A DNA stretch of 64,000 nt from a bacterium. Lineage in GTDB: Bacteria; Margulisbacteria; Marinamargulisbacteria; JAHFDA01. Both the position numbers and the translations under genes were made by a program. This document shows positions 1 through 9,928 of this stretch, piece by piece; within the stretch, counting starts at the first letter, position 1, and each line of letters begins with the position of its first letter. The stretch spans positions 1,349-65,348 of the forward strand of contig JAHFDA010000006.1 in NCBI GenBank assembly GCA_023249225.1. The letters are read 5' to 3'. Below the pieces are notes generated by a model that saw only the letters and a program-made list of their open reading frames with translations, did not search any database and was not told where the DNA came from.

Positions 1-437
1 ATGACCGGCAAAGCTACACGCGGCGGGTTTTTAATATTGAACAAATTAAGCGGGAGAGTGTTTATTTTAAAGCGCATGTAAATGCTCTATTAGATGGATC
101 TTTCAATGACCTGTCTCCGCAAGACAAGGCCCAGTTTTCTGCCTTGCTTAAAATTGCGGTACGTGACTGCGTAAGCCGGGGATACCGAATTCATCAGCTG
201 CTTTTGTACTACATGGCCCAGGTTAAAAAAACGATTGAGGATGCAGAAACATACATCGGATACATTGAAGGCCGCTATGGTTATAGAACCGATGCTGAAT
301 GTGTGCTGATGCTTCTGATCCGCGTTGATAACGTGGTTTATCAGGCGCATATGCAAGCAAGCCGGAATTGGGTTGATGCTTTTTTTCCGACTGCTTATCT
401 TTTACCGCAGTTTTTTAAGGCGAAGGTTGAGCGGTAA
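1..437 (+). CDS. Hypothetical protein, 5'-truncated at the window edge; the frame is open from position 3 into the listed ORF 144..437
   Basis: Frame 3 has no stop codon from position 3 through 437, and its codon usage looks coding. I recognise no conserved motif. Confidence 0.35.
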   Translation, partial: DRQSYTRRVFNIEQIKRESVYFKAHVNALLDGSFNDLSPQDKAQFSALLKIAVRDCVSRGYRIHQLLLYYMAQVKKTIEDAETYIGYIEGRYGYRTDAECVLMLLIRVDNVVYQAHMQASRNWVDAFFPTAYLLPQFFKAKVER

Positions 438-1284
438 ATTCAGCCGCTAATTCCTGTAGTAAATTTTCGAATTCTTGTGGGCTTTGCGGTTCAGGCATGC
501 TTTGCAACAGGTTGTCCAAAATAGAACGCATGTGTTCGGGTGCTTGCAAGGCTGCCTGTGAAAGGGTTTCGTAGGCGTTTTGCATGTCTCCGTTCTGGTA
601 GTAGCACTCTCCCAGTTTTTGCAAAACACTGAAATCGTTTGGGTTCCATTGCGCGGCAAATCGAAAATCAGACAGGGTGGCTGGTAAATTTCCAGATTTC
701 TCGTGCCACAGGCCACGGCGATAATAAGCCAGTGCCAAAAAGTCCGAGTGCTCCAGGGTGTTGTGTTCAATATAGTCCAGGTCTACTTGCGAGAACTCCG
801 CATAATTTTCGTCGGCGCATGAAAAACCACCCAGCGGGTCAAAGTTCATATAAGCTCCGTCCCATTTTAAAACGCGCACGTAAATATGTTCCGGCAGCAC
901 CACGATTTTAAGTTTCCAACCCAGCTCGTGCGCAATGGACAGGTACAGGAGCGTATAACCATACGCGTCCAGTTCAAGGTCTGCGTGTGTGAGCATTTCA
1001 AAAAACAAGGCGCTACCTTCATCGTCACGCGCATGGATAAATGTCTCAAGTAAGGCATGCAAGTGATAAATACCCAGATGCGGGTCAAGCTGATCGAGGC
1101 CAGATTGCTTGACGGCGGACATGATGTATCCAAGGTTTAATGCGGCCTGACCCAGGGTCTTGGAATCAATGTAGATCTGCTCAAGCGTTAAGACAGAGCG
1201 CAGTGGATTATCGGCAGATAAAAACGAAAGACTAACCGGATCTACTTTTTGAAAAAGTCTAAGGGCGAGTGTTTTGTGCTGCAC
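415..1284 (-). CDS. Transglutaminase-like domain plus C-terminal TPR protein (SirB1/YchA-like); the start is uncertain, with candidates a GTG at 1284 and an ATG at 1122
   Basis: A central region, HELGWKLKIVVLPEHIYVRV, is typical of the transglutaminase-like superfamily and is followed by TPR-like helices. The ORF as listed would overlap dapL. Confidence 0.5.
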   Translation of the reverse strand: MQHKTLALRLFQKVDPVSLSFLSADNPLRSVLTLEQIYIDSKTLGQAALNLGYIMSAVKQSGLDQLDPHLGIYHLHALLETFIHARDDEGSALFFEMLTHADLELDAYGYTLLYLSIAHELGWKLKIVVLPEHIYVRVLKWDGAYMNFDPLGGFSCADENYAEFSQVDLDYIEHNTLEHSDFLALAYYRRGLWHEKSGNLPATLSDFRFAAQWNPNDFSVLQKLGECYYQNGDMQNAYETLSQAALQAPEHMRSILDNLLQSMPEPQSPQEFENLLQELAAEFTAQPSP

Positions 1285-1324
1285 GGTAATATATCGATAA
1301 TAATATCTATTAATTTCAATAAGG

Positions 1325-2497
1325 TTACTGGAACCGAATATCCTTGGCCTGCATACGTCCAATGGCCGCATGGATGCGTTCAACCGGCAGCGTAATGGCC
1401 ATTCTAAAATAACCCTTGCCCTGCGCGCCGTAACCATTTCCGGGTACGGCCACAATACCGCAACTATCCAGTAAATGTGCGCAAAAAGAGGCCGAAGTAA
1501 AATTTTCTGGCACGGGGGCCCACATGTAGAAAGTGGCTTTAGGCGCAGTCAACTTCCACCCCAGCGAGTTCAAGCCTTCCACAAGAACATTGCGGCGCTC
1601 CACGTAGATTTTGTTCGATTGGGCAATGCAGTCCTGCGGCGCAGTCAGCGCCACAATGGCGGCGCGTTGGATGGCCTTAAAGATGCCGCTATCCACGTTG
1701 GTCTTAATGGTTCCCAGCGCCTGTACAGCGGTGGCGCTGCCACAGGCCATACCCACCCGCCAACCGGTCATGTTGTAAGTTTTGCTTAGACTGTGAAACT
1801 CAATGGCCACATCTTTGGCATCTTTGATTTCTAAAATCGAATGAACCTTGTAACCATCGTAGGCGTTTTCGGTATAGGCGGCGTCCCAACACAGCAAAAG
1901 ATCATGCGTGCGGCAAAACTCAACGGCCGCTTCCATTTCCTTAAGGCCTACCACGGCACCAGTGGGATTGTTGGGATAGTTTAAAAATAAAATTTTTGAG
2001 CGCCTCACCACATCCAAAGGAATAACGCCAAAATCTGGAAAATAATTTGTTTTTTCCGAAACGGGGACGCTGTACGGTTCTCCGCCCGCAAGGATGGTGC
2101 CCATGTGATAAACGGGATACCCAGGATCAGGCACCAGCACGTAGTCGCCCGGATCCACAAAAGCGGTAAAGACATGGGCAATGCCTTCTTTAGAGCCAAT
2201 CAGCGCCAGAACTTCTTTTTGCGGGTCAAGGGTGACATTAAATCTTTTTTGATACCACTCTGCCACGGCGCTACGGTAATCAAGCTCGCCCTGGTAACTG
2301 GGGTAGTTATGCGTTTTTGGGTCATCCACGGCTTTTTTAAGGGCTTCTACAATATGGGGCGGAGTAGGCAAATCGGGGTCGCCGATGCCCATGTTGATGA
2401 TGTCGACCCCCCGCGCAATGGCAGCCGATTTTTTGCGGTCAATTTCGGCAAACAAATAGGGCGGAACTTTACCCAGACGTTTAGAAGGTTTCATCAA
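1325..2497 (-). CDS. dapL: Class I/II PLP aminotransferase, probably LL-diaminopimelate aminotransferase (DapL type)
   Basis: The N-terminal ...PPYLFAEIDRKK motif and the SLSKTYNMTGWRVG lysine-PLP region match the DapL family. The gene sits next to dapF. Confidence 0.6.
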   Translation of the reverse strand: MMKPSKRLGKVPPYLFAEIDRKKSAAIARGVDIINMGIGDPDLPTPPHIVEALKKAVDDPKTHNYPSYQGELDYRSAVAEWYQKRFNVTLDPQKEVLALIGSKEGIAHVFTAFVDPGDYVLVPDPGYPVYHMGTILAGGEPYSVPVSEKTNYFPDFGVIPLDVVRRSKILFLNYPNNPTGAVVGLKEMEAAVEFCRTHDLLLCWDAAYTENAYDGYKVHSILEIKDAKDVAIEFHSLSKTYNMTGWRVGMACGSATAVQALGTIKTNVDSGIFKAIQRAAIVALTAPQDCIAQSNKIYVERRNVLVEGLNSLGWKLTAPKATFYMWAPVPENFTSASFCAHLLDSCGIVAVPGNGYGAQGKGYFRMAITLPVERIHAAIGRMQAKDIRFQ

Positions 2498-2570
2498 TTA
2501 CCTAATTTAAAACAATTTCGAGCTTCTGAAAAGACTCATAGCGCCAGGGCATGGTTTAGCGATAAATGGC

Positions 2571-3215
2571 ATGGTGGACTTTTTACCGATTTCAATTAAC
2601 GATCCGCAGCTCATGAAGTTCCGTGTTTTTTTGTGCGAGGCGGATTCGCCTAATTTCAGGACTTATGCCAGTGCCGGCAATGGTCTTGTGGATACCCAGG
2701 AGGAGCTGGATTTTGCTGCAAACGCAGCCCGGCAAGCCCTTGACCCCTTTGATTACGATGAATTTCTGGCTTATCTAGAAGTCCGATACAAGGCCATACC
2801 CACTCCTGTGGTTCCAGAAGTTGTAAACTCTGTGCCGACGGAGTCTGTTATTCCAGAACCGGAGATCGAAGAAGCACTTGAGTTTGAAGATGAGTTGTTC
2901 GAAGACGAGGAGCTGACTCCCATTGTCAATTGGGGTGATCTGCAGCGCATGCGTGAACGCTGTCAAGCAGATGGCCAACGCTATCGTTTAAAAACCAGGC
3001 CGGGAGAATTACGGCTTACCATCTCTGGTCCCGAGGGAGTACGCAGCTATCGGGTGTCGGCGGAAAGCACACTTTCAACCATAGAATCGATGCAAATCTT
3101 AAGCGCGCTTTCTGCGATGATCCGTTCAAAAGACGTTCGTAAGCAGGATCTGCCAAACATGGTTACCGCCCGTAACCTGGTTCGAAAGCAAGCCTCTACA
3201 GCATTGCCAGATTAA
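2571..3215 (+). CDS. Hypothetical protein with an acidic central stretch
   Basis: This is a 214-aa ORF between dapL and dapF with an acidic run, EPEIEEALEFEDELFEDEE. I see no known motif. Confidence 0.35.
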   Translation: MVDFLPISINDPQLMKFRVFLCEADSPNFRTYASAGNGLVDTQEELDFAANAARQALDPFDYDEFLAYLEVRYKAIPTPVVPEVVNSVPTESVIPEPEIEEALEFEDELFEDEELTPIVNWGDLQRMRERCQADGQRYRLKTRPGELRLTISGPEGVRSYRVSAESTLSTIESMQILSALSAMIRSKDVRKQDLPNMVTARNLVRKQASTALPD

Positions 3216-4053
3216 CTTCGCCTTCAAACACTTTTTCGGCGGGACCGGTCATAAATACGTGGTTGTCCTCGCGCCAGTCAATCTCCAAAGTTCCACCGGG
3301 CAGTGTGACCCGCACAAAACGCGCCAATTTGCCCTCTAAATTTCCGGCCACCACCACGGCGCAGGCACCGGTGCCGCAGGCCAGTGTGGGGCCAGCGCCG
3401 CGTTCCCACACTTTGACTTCCACCCGGTCGGGGGCGTGGACTTTAACAAACTCCACATTGGTGCGCTGGGGGAAGAGCTCATTAAATTCCATCATGGCGC
3501 CGTATTTCTCAAAATTAAAATCCAAACTATCAATAAAGGTGATTGCATGGGGGTTTCCCATCGAGATGGCCGTAAAGAAAAAAACCCGGTCGTCGACGCG
3601 AAACTCCTTGCGAATAAAGGTCTGGCTGCTGGGGCTGATAATCGGGATCAGACTTGAAATGACAATCGGTTCACCCATGTCGACCCGCAGACCTTCGAGC
3701 ACGCCATTTTTAACCAACATATCCACAGTACGCAGACCCGCGTCGGTCTCGATCTCCAGACTGGGTTTGTTGGTTTTCTTGTATTCATGCATGTATTTGG
3801 CCACGCAACGGATGCCGTTGCCACACATTTCGGGAACAGAACCGTCGCTGTTGACGATTTTTAATTTAATGTCAGCTTTTTTGCTTTTTTCGATAAGCAG
3901 CAAACCGTCAGCCCCCACGCCAAAATTCCGGTGGCATACTTTTTTGCCAAGGGTTTTGATGTCGGCAACAGGCTCCCAATCCTTTTGGGTTGCATCAAGA
4001 ATAATGAAGTCGTTCCCGCAGCCCTGGTATTTGAAGAATTTTATCTGCATCAA
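3196..4053 (-). CDS. dapF: Diaminopimelate epimerase
   Basis: The N-terminus FFKYQGCGNDFIILD, the MCGNGIRC motif and the C-terminal CGTGACAV motif are classic DapF active-site cysteine motifs. Confidence 0.9.
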   Translation of the reverse strand: MMQIKFFKYQGCGNDFIILDATQKDWEPVADIKTLGKKVCHRNFGVGADGLLLIEKSKKADIKLKIVNSDGSVPEMCGNGIRCVAKYMHEYKKTNKPSLEIETDAGLRTVDMLVKNGVLEGLRVDMGEPIVISSLIPIISPSSQTFIRKEFRVDDRVFFFTAISMGNPHAITFIDSLDFNFEKYGAMMEFNELFPQRTNVEFVKVHAPDRVEVKVWERGAGPTLACGTGACAVVVAGNLEGKLARFVRVTLPGGTLEIDWREDNHVFMTGPAEKVFEGEVNLAML

Positions 4054-4981
4054 TCCCTCCGTTAGTATCTAACCAATAAAATCGGTCATTTGGCCAGTCG
4101 CGCGCAAATTTACGGAACCAGGTGTACTGGCGCTTGGCCAGTTGTCGGGTGTGTAAGACAATTTGGCCCCGTAGCTGGGTAGCATCGAAATCTCCCTTAA
4201 GAAAACGTATGGTTTCCTTGTAACCGATCGATTGCAGTGGCGCAAGCTGTGGGGCATGGCCTTTGGCCAGCAACGTCCGTACTTCTTCAATCAATCCGTC
4301 TGTAAGCATCTGATCCGTGCGTTTTTCGATTAAGGCCTGCAAAAAAGATTTTTCGGCTTGCAGGCACAGCACCACAAAGGGGCTTTCGGCCATGGTTTTT
4401 TTGCTGGCAAGCTGTGACAGCGTCTTTCCGCTTTGGGTGTGCACCTCCAGCGCGCGCACCAGGCGATAAAGGTCATTGGGCGCAATGCGCCGGTGTGATT
4501 CTGGATCTACTTGTTTAAGTTTTTCGCGAGCCTCGCCGGGATGGTCTTTAACCCAGGCAGAAAGCTTTTCACGCAGGGCCGGATCGGGGGGCAAAGCCAC
4601 CGGATTAAAATCTTCACAGAGCGCCCGCAGATAAAAGCCTGTGCCTCCACAGACGATGGGCTGCTTGTGCCTGGCGCGGACGGCAGCCAGGGCCTGTCGG
4701 GTTTCCGTTAAAAAACTCCCCACATGAAAGGCTTTGTCTGGAGCACATAAGTCAAGGCCATGATGGGGTACTGTGGCGCGTTCCTTTGGGCTGGGTTTGG
4801 CAGTACCAATATCCATGCCACGGTAAACCTGCATGGAATCAGCCGAAATCACTTCACCGTCCACCCTCACAGCCAGTTCTATTGCCAGGCGGCTTTTGCC
4901 AACAGCGGTGGGGCCGGTCAATATCAAGGTCAACGGAGTGCCGCTGGCAAGCCGGGATGCTGGCTGGTTTAAGGCTTCCAT
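3995..4981 (-). CDS. miaA: tRNA dimethylallyltransferase
   Basis: A P-loop, LILTGPTAVGKSRLAIELA, and the ISADSMQVYRGMDIGTAKP motif identify MiaA. The chosen start is MEALNQ... The 3' end overlaps the dapF start by about 59 nt. Confidence 0.88.
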   Translation of the reverse strand: MEALNQPASRLASGTPLTLILTGPTAVGKSRLAIELAVRVDGEVISADSMQVYRGMDIGTAKPSPKERATVPHHGLDLCAPDKAFHVGSFLTETRQALAAVRARHKQPIVCGGTGFYLRALCEDFNPVALPPDPALREKLSAWVKDHPGEAREKLKQVDPESHRRIAPNDLYRLVRALEVHTQSGKTLSQLASKKTMAESPFVVLCLQAEKSFLQALIEKRTDQMLTDGLIEEVRTLLAKGHAPQLAPLQSIGYKETIRFLKGDFDATQLRGQIVLHTRQLAKRQYTWFRKFARDWPNDRFYWLDTNGGIDADKILQIPGLRERLHYS

Positions 4982-5008
4982 TCTTACTACAATGGGATCA
5001 TACGGCAA

Positions 5009-5671
5009 ATGACCAGCGTCGCAAGCGATCCATTTTACTTTTGTACTTACCGCGTCTACTGCCAGCCCGCCGGACTACAAGCGCGCTCTTTAAAGGAGCT
5101 GGTACAGGCTATTGGTGCAGCACCCGACGAGTCGCTGTGGTATCACCAGCATTACGCCTATGTGCATTACCGTTTTGACGGCCCACGCTTTAGAAATGAT
5201 TTTTCGGTGTGGGTACGCGATACCTGGGGTCTTGAAGTTTTATCCGAACGCCTGTCGGCGATCGACAACCGGCATGTCTTTGATGTTCAAGAAGTCCGTG
5301 ATCGTTTGCGCGGCATGCTGTATGACTGGCACCGCCACGAAGGCAAAGATCACTTTGAGGATAGCGTAGACGAGCCCCGTGCCTTTCGCGTCATCAAGCC
5401 CTGCCGCGTACTGCTTTCCACGGGTCTTTCGGCATGCACGCTCGAAGAATTTGCGCAGACGTTGCGCCGGGTTCCAGCGCAAAGCGTGTTTTACCATACC
5501 TTTGAAGCGCGTCTTAAAGCACCCGACCACAGCAATGATTTTTCACGCTGGATTGATGGGGCCTTAAAGCTGCCTAACCTGGGTCGCGAAATTCAGTTGA
5601 TCAATCCGTTTTTCTACACCATCGACGATTACCGTGAGCAGATCTTAAATCGGATTCGCGCCTATGTATAA
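5009..5671 (+). CDS. Hypothetical protein, first gene of an overlapping three-gene glycan cluster
   Basis: A 220-aa ORF whose end overlaps the glycosyltransferase start by 8 nt. I recognise no domain. Confidence 0.45.
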   Translation: MTSVASDPFYFCTYRVYCQPAGLQARSLKELVQAIGAAPDESLWYHQHYAYVHYRFDGPRFRNDFSVWVRDTWGLEVLSERLSAIDNRHVFDVQEVRDRLRGMLYDWHRHEGKDHFEDSVDEPRAFRVIKPCRVLLSTGLSACTLEEFAQTLRRVPAQSVFYHTFEARLKAPDHSNDFSRWIDGALKLPNLGREIQLINPFFYTIDDYREQILNRIRAYV

Positions 5672-6908
5672 GGCTAGTTTTACCGACCTGGCGCATCTTT
5701 TAGGCCCGCAGCGCCTGCACGAGTTGCGGCCCATGCTCGAGCAGGTACTCAAGGGCAAGCGTCTGCATCACCTGACCGGTCCGCAGCCACACAAAGGCAC
5801 CGAGGAACTGATTACCCGGCTGATGGCGCTGGGAGAACAAATCGGTTTTGAGGTGACCTGGGATCGCCTCTGGGCCGATGCCGGCTTTGAACAAGCCTGC
5901 GACGTCCTGTCGCAGGAAAGTCTCAACGAGCAGTTCATGTGGTCGCAACGCCTGAAGCAAGCTTACGAAGAAGGTCTGGATTACGCTAAAAAGCAATTAC
6001 GCCGCCATCTTTGGAACGCGGACGCCGTGTTTGTGCACGACATTCCGGCACTGCCGGTGGTGGCCGAACGTGGCGCGGGTTGCTGGGCGTACTTTTCTTA
6101 TGACTATATTGGCTGGACGCCGCGTGTGTTTTACGAAAGCCACATTGCCCTGCTGAAAAAATTTGACGCGGTGATCCTGCCCAATGCTGCTTTTACCGCG
6201 CCCGAACTGCCACCACAGCATCTGTGGCTTCCGGCCGTCGACGTGCTTGCACCCCGAAACCGCGAGCTAGAAGACGATGAAGCGCAGCGCCTCTGGCAGG
6301 GACTAGCACTGCCAAAGGATCTCACTTACATTCTTTATGCCGACCGCTATGATCGGCTCGACCATGCCGAAGAACTGTTGGGGCATTACCTGGGGCACAA
6401 GGCGCATGAGCGGGTGGCGCTGGTGATTGCAGGCGAAGCCGCCGAAACCAACCCGGCTGCCCGGCGCCATTTTGCGGCCTTACGCGACCGTGCCAAGGCG
6501 GATCCCAGCGTGCATGTGCTGGCCTTGCCGGCCAACGAGGCCCTGCTTAATGTCTTGCGTCGGCGCAGTGTCGCCCAGCTCTACTGGCCTCGGCCCGGGC
6601 GCACTGACCCATCTTTAACCGAAGCTTTGTGGGCCGGTTCTCCGGTCATCGCTATGGATACACTGGGTGTGCGCGATATTGTGCGTTCGGGTGTCACCGC
6701 ATGGCTGGCCACCGATGCGCTGCACATGCTCGACCTTGCCCAGCAGCTGGTGCAAGAAAAAAAGCGGGCGTTGGGATTGTCAGAGCGGGCGCGTATGTAT
6801 GCCTGGGATTATTTATTGCTGGATAACGAACTGATGAATTTGGCTTGTTTTTTTGTTTTTAAGCAAAATCCGCAGACTTGGGTGGATTGGACCGCGCAGT
6901 ATCGTTGA
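5664..6908 (+). CDS. Glycosyltransferase (GT-B fold, family-4-like)
   Basis: The C-terminal EALWAGSPVIAMDTLGVRDIV resembles the Glycos_transf_1 EAxxxGxPVIA motif. The length is 414 aa. Confidence 0.5.
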   Translation: MYKASFTDLAHLLGPQRLHELRPMLEQVLKGKRLHHLTGPQPHKGTEELITRLMALGEQIGFEVTWDRLWADAGFEQACDVLSQESLNEQFMWSQRLKQAYEEGLDYAKKQLRRHLWNADAVFVHDIPALPVVAERGAGCWAYFSYDYIGWTPRVFYESHIALLKKFDAVILPNAAFTAPELPPQHLWLPAVDVLAPRNRELEDDEAQRLWQGLALPKDLTYILYADRYDRLDHAEELLGHYLGHKAHERVALVIAGEAAETNPAARRHFAALRDRAKADPSVHVLALPANEALLNVLRRRSVAQLYWPRPGRTDPSLTEALWAGSPVIAMDTLGVRDIVRSGVTAWLATDALHMLDLAQQLVQEKKRALGLSERARMYAWDYLLLDNELMNLACFFVFKQNPQTWVDWTAQYR

Positions 6909-7864
6909 TGGCCAGCCCGCTGCTCAAACGGCCCTGGCAGAATTTTCCGGGGTGTTATTTATCGGCTTTTATCAGTCCGCGCAGTGCAGCACAGGTACAA
7001 CATTTAATTGGCCCGGCCGATATCAGCGCATATGAAAAAAAAATTGGCCGTAAACTGGCTATTGTCATGGTATTTCTTGCCTGGGGAGAACCGCAGGCGC
7101 TGACGCCCTTTCCGCGCCAGTGGTGCCAAGCGATCTCCCAACAGGGGGCCATCCCACACATTACCTGGGAGCCGTGGAATTTTGACAAGCAGTGCTCGTA
7201 TTATCGAAACCAAAGTATTGTGGCTGGGATGTGGGACCGCTACCTTGAAAGCTGGGCTCACGACATCAAATCCTGGGGACAATCGCTGTTCTTAAGATGG
7301 GGTCACGAAATGAATTCAGACTGGTATCCCTGGGGTGGCCAAATTTCCGAAGGGGGTGCCGCTGCCTATGTACAGGCCTACCGGCATGTGGTGAATGTTT
7401 TTCGCGCCCAGGATGTGAGCAACGTGGTTTGGATTTGGGGTCCCGATGCCGCTACTTTTGCCAGCCATAAGTTTCCCTTTGAATACGAACCTTATTATCC
7501 CGGAGATGACTATGTCGACTGGATTGGTTTTGATGGCTATAACTTTGCCATGGATGGGACGCTTCAAAAGCCCTGGACCCGTTTCAGAGATCTTTTTAGC
7601 GACATCTACCAGCGTTGCGAACGTTTAAACAGCCAGGCTCCATTTATGATTGGCGAGTTTTCCAGCGGAGAAAAAGGTGGTGATAAGGCTCTTTGGATTG
7701 TAGAAGCCTATCAGGATATTGAAAAACAGTTTCCACGGATACGGGCGGTGACCTGGTTTGACCAGGATAAAGAATCGCATTGGCCTATCGACAGCTCGCC
7801 AGAGGCGCAACAGGCCTTTCGCAAAGCCATCGCCTCCCAATATTTTTTAGATAAAATCGTGTAA
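6908..7864 (+). CDS. Clan GH-A glycoside hydrolase (GH26-like, beta-mannanase-like)
   Basis: LFLRWGHEMNSDWYPWGG is a candidate acid/base HEMN motif and FMIGEFSSG is a candidate nucleophile xGEF motif. The ATG start overlaps the upstream stop (TGATG). Confidence 0.55.
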   Translation: MASPLLKRPWQNFPGCYLSAFISPRSAAQVQHLIGPADISAYEKKIGRKLAIVMVFLAWGEPQALTPFPRQWCQAISQQGAIPHITWEPWNFDKQCSYYRNQSIVAGMWDRYLESWAHDIKSWGQSLFLRWGHEMNSDWYPWGGQISEGGAAAYVQAYRHVVNVFRAQDVSNVVWIWGPDAATFASHKFPFEYEPYYPGDDYVDWIGFDGYNFAMDGTLQKPWTRFRDLFSDIYQRCERLNSQAPFMIGEFSSGEKGGDKALWIVEAYQDIEKQFPRIRAVTWFDQDKESHWPIDSSPEAQQAFRKAIASQYFLDKIV

Positions 7865-7874
7865 AACAACTATG

Positions 7875-7904
7875 TTACGAAATGACCTGCAGGCATGCTA
7901 ATAT
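7875..7904 (+). promoter_or_regulatory. Candidate sigma70-type promoter of the rpsP operon (TTACGA-N18-TAATAT)
   Basis: This hexamer pair with an 18-bp spacer lies about 45 bp upstream of the rpsP GTG start. It is a weak match found by eye. Confidence 0.2.
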
Positions 7905-7949
7905 TAAGTCCCCTTTTACAAAAAAATACTATAGGTACAGGAGTTATGT

Positions 7950-8357
7950 GTGGCAGTCAAAATTAGATTAAGCCGTAAAGGCACCCGGAGTAAACCTTTT
8001 TATCATCTGGTGGTTATTCACTCTAAAAATAGGCGTGACGGAGATTTGGTCGAGGATCTGGGTTGGTATAACCCCATTAGCACGCCCAAGCAAGCGCTGT
8101 TAAATACCGAACGGGTTAAATATTGGGTTGGCATCGGTGCCGAAGTGGCCGAAGGTGCGCAGTCTTTGCTCGAAGCGCAAGGTATTCTTGGCAAGTCAAA
8201 AATTGTGGGTCCTAAATCCCGCGAAAAAAGACGCAAGCCAGACAAGCTCACCAAGGCCGAAAAGCGTACCCAAGCGCAGTCTATGGTCGAGGCCGGAGAT
8301 AAAACCGAAGCTTCTCAAAAAGCACAATCCGAAAAAGCCAAAGAGACGCCCGCATAG
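7950..8357 (+). CDS. rpsP: 30S ribosomal protein S16 with a Lys-rich C-terminal extension
   Basis: MAVKIRLSRKGTRSKPFYHLVVIHSKNRRDG matches the S16 signature. A GTG start is preceded by an AGGAG Shine-Dalgarno sequence. Confidence 0.9.
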   Translation: MAVKIRLSRKGTRSKPFYHLVVIHSKNRRDGDLVEDLGWYNPISTPKQALLNTERVKYWVGIGAEVAEGAQSLLEAQGILGKSKIVGPKSREKRRKPDKLTKAEKRTQAQSMVEAGDKTEASQKAQSEKAKETPA

Positions 8358-8399
8358 TTTGGCGTTAGGATTAATGAGGTTTTATCAGGAGGCGGCGTA

Positions 8400-8678
8400 A
8401 TGAAAGAGCTCGTTGAATATATTGTCTCTGCTTTGGTGGATGTCCCCGAAGAAGTCATGGTGATCGAAACCCTGGGTGAAAGCATTATCGTGCTAGAAAT
8501 ATTTGTAGCACAGGATGATATCGGCAAAGTCATTGGACGCGAGGGACGCATTGCCAATGCCATCCGAACCATTGTTAAGGCTTCGGCGGCAAAATCCAAT
8601 AAAAAAATAACCATAGAAATTCTTTCCAAAAATCCAGAAGGTGAAAAGCAGCCGGTCGGCCAGCGCAGCACCTTTTAG
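8400..8678 (+). CDS. KH-domain RNA-binding protein (YlqC/UPF0109 family)
   Basis: VIGREGRIANAIRTIV contains the KH GxxG loop. Its position after rpsP is conserved, and the start is preceded by AGGAGG. Confidence 0.8.
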   Translation: MKELVEYIVSALVDVPEEVMVIETLGESIIVLEIFVAQDDIGKVIGREGRIANAIRTIVKASAAKSNKKITIEILSKNPEGEKQPVGQRSTF

Positions 8679-8686
8679 AAAAGACG

Positions 8687-9178
8687 GTGATCCCTATGCA
8701 AGATAAAGTCACTCTTAAAAGAACCGTTACCATCAAAGCGATTGTCACCGAAGATTTTAGGCGTTATTTGGTACACGAGCTTAACAGTGCCATCCGCAAT
8801 CTTGAGACCAAGCTTCATGCAGTGGTCGATCAAGGTAAAAACCTGCTTAAAGCCTTAAACGATCAAGGCGCCAAGGAACAAATGCAAAATATAAAGCAAC
8901 AGCTTGAGCTTGAGCGTCAGCAATCCCGGTCAGCCATAGAGGACTTGAAAAAACGCATCGAAGACGCCAAAAATTTGACCCTCGGAAGCGAGTTCATTCA
9001 AGGCACCGTCGAAGGTTTTGTCGATGTTAAAAAGGGTGAAAATTTATACAAGGCGCTGGGAGCACTTGAAATCATTATTAAAGATGGCGATATTATGGAT
9101 ATCCGCAACATCGAGGCGCCGCAGGCCCTGATTACGCCGTCAGGTGCTGCGCCCAAAAAAGAAACCTTAGCAGTCTAA
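8687..9178 (+). CDS. YlqD-like coiled-coil protein, occupying the slot where rimM normally sits
   Basis: It has a coiled-coil centre. The C-terminal IIKDGDIMDIRN resembles the B. subtilis YlqD C-terminus IEDGKVVDIRER. It has no RimM PRC-barrel or glycine motifs. Confidence 0.5.
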   Translation: MIPMQDKVTLKRTVTIKAIVTEDFRRYLVHELNSAIRNLETKLHAVVDQGKNLLKALNDQGAKEQMQNIKQQLELERQQSRSAIEDLKKRIEDAKNLTLGSEFIQGTVEGFVDVKKGENLYKALGALEIIIKDGDIMDIRNIEAPQALITPSGAAPKKETLAV

Positions 9179-9193
9179 TCAAACGACCCAAAG

Positions 9194-9925
9194 TTGAAAA
9201 TTGATTTCATCAGTTTATTTCCGGAGCTTTTAAAACAAGCGCTTTCGCACAGCATTCCCAGCCGGGCGTCAAAAAAAAAACTAGTACATTTTGGGTTTAT
9301 CAACCCCCGCGACTTTGCCACGGATAAACATCGCCAGGTTGATGATCTGGCCTATGGGGGCGGTCCGGGGATGGTGCTGATGCCTGAACCACTGGTGAAG
9401 GCCATTGAAAGCGTCAAAAAAAAGAATTCCACCTTAATCTTGCTAAGTCCCGTTGGAAAAGAGCTCAACACGGGGGCGGTCAAACGGCTGGCTAAAAAGC
9501 CTCATTTGGTGTTAATTTGCGGGCGTTACGAGGGGGTGGATGAGCGTCTTGGCCAAATAATGCCTCTGGAAAGCTATCGCATCGGTGAAACCCTGGTGAG
9601 TGGCGGAGAATTTCCAGCCCTTATGCTGGCGGATGCCGTGGCGCGCCGTCTACCGGGCGCGGTCGGAAACGAACAGTCAATTCTCGAAGAAAGTTACGAA
9701 AAAGCCCTTCTGGACTACCCCCACTACACACGTCCCGCTAGTTTTAGTAATATAGAAGTCCCTCCGGTGCTCTTATCAGGGGATCATGCCAAGATAAGGC
9801 GGTGGCGCATGATGCAAGCTGCCAGTATGACTTGGCGCAGACGACCGGAGCTTTTGGGTCAGGCAGTTTTAAGTTTGTCTGAACAGGCAGTTTTGTTAGA
9901 AGCCTTGCTGGCTTTAAAGGAGTAA
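9194..9925 (+). CDS. trmD: tRNA (guanine37-N1)-methyltransferase
   Basis: The LICGRYEGVDERL and GGEFPALMLADAVARRLPG motifs identify TrmD. The start is a TTG. Confidence 0.9.
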   Translation: MKIDFISLFPELLKQALSHSIPSRASKKKLVHFGFINPRDFATDKHRQVDDLAYGGGPGMVLMPEPLVKAIESVKKKNSTLILLSPVGKELNTGAVKRLAKKPHLVLICGRYEGVDERLGQIMPLESYRIGETLVSGGEFPALMLADAVARRLPGAVGNEQSILEESYEKALLDYPHYTRPASFSNIEVPPVLLSGDHAKIRRWRMMQAASMTWRRRPELLGQAVLSLSEQAVLLEALLALKE

Positions 9926-9928
9926 AGC

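Noticed and set aside
447-911. ORFs 447..770 (-) and 639..911 (+)
   Set aside because: They sit in other frames within the transglutaminase-like gene and have no motifs. They are treated as spurious.
3263-4072. 269-aa ORF on the plus strand, Ser/Thr/Pro-rich
   Set aside because: It lies entirely antisense within dapF, whose protein has unmistakable DapF motifs. It is a shadow ORF with low-complexity composition.
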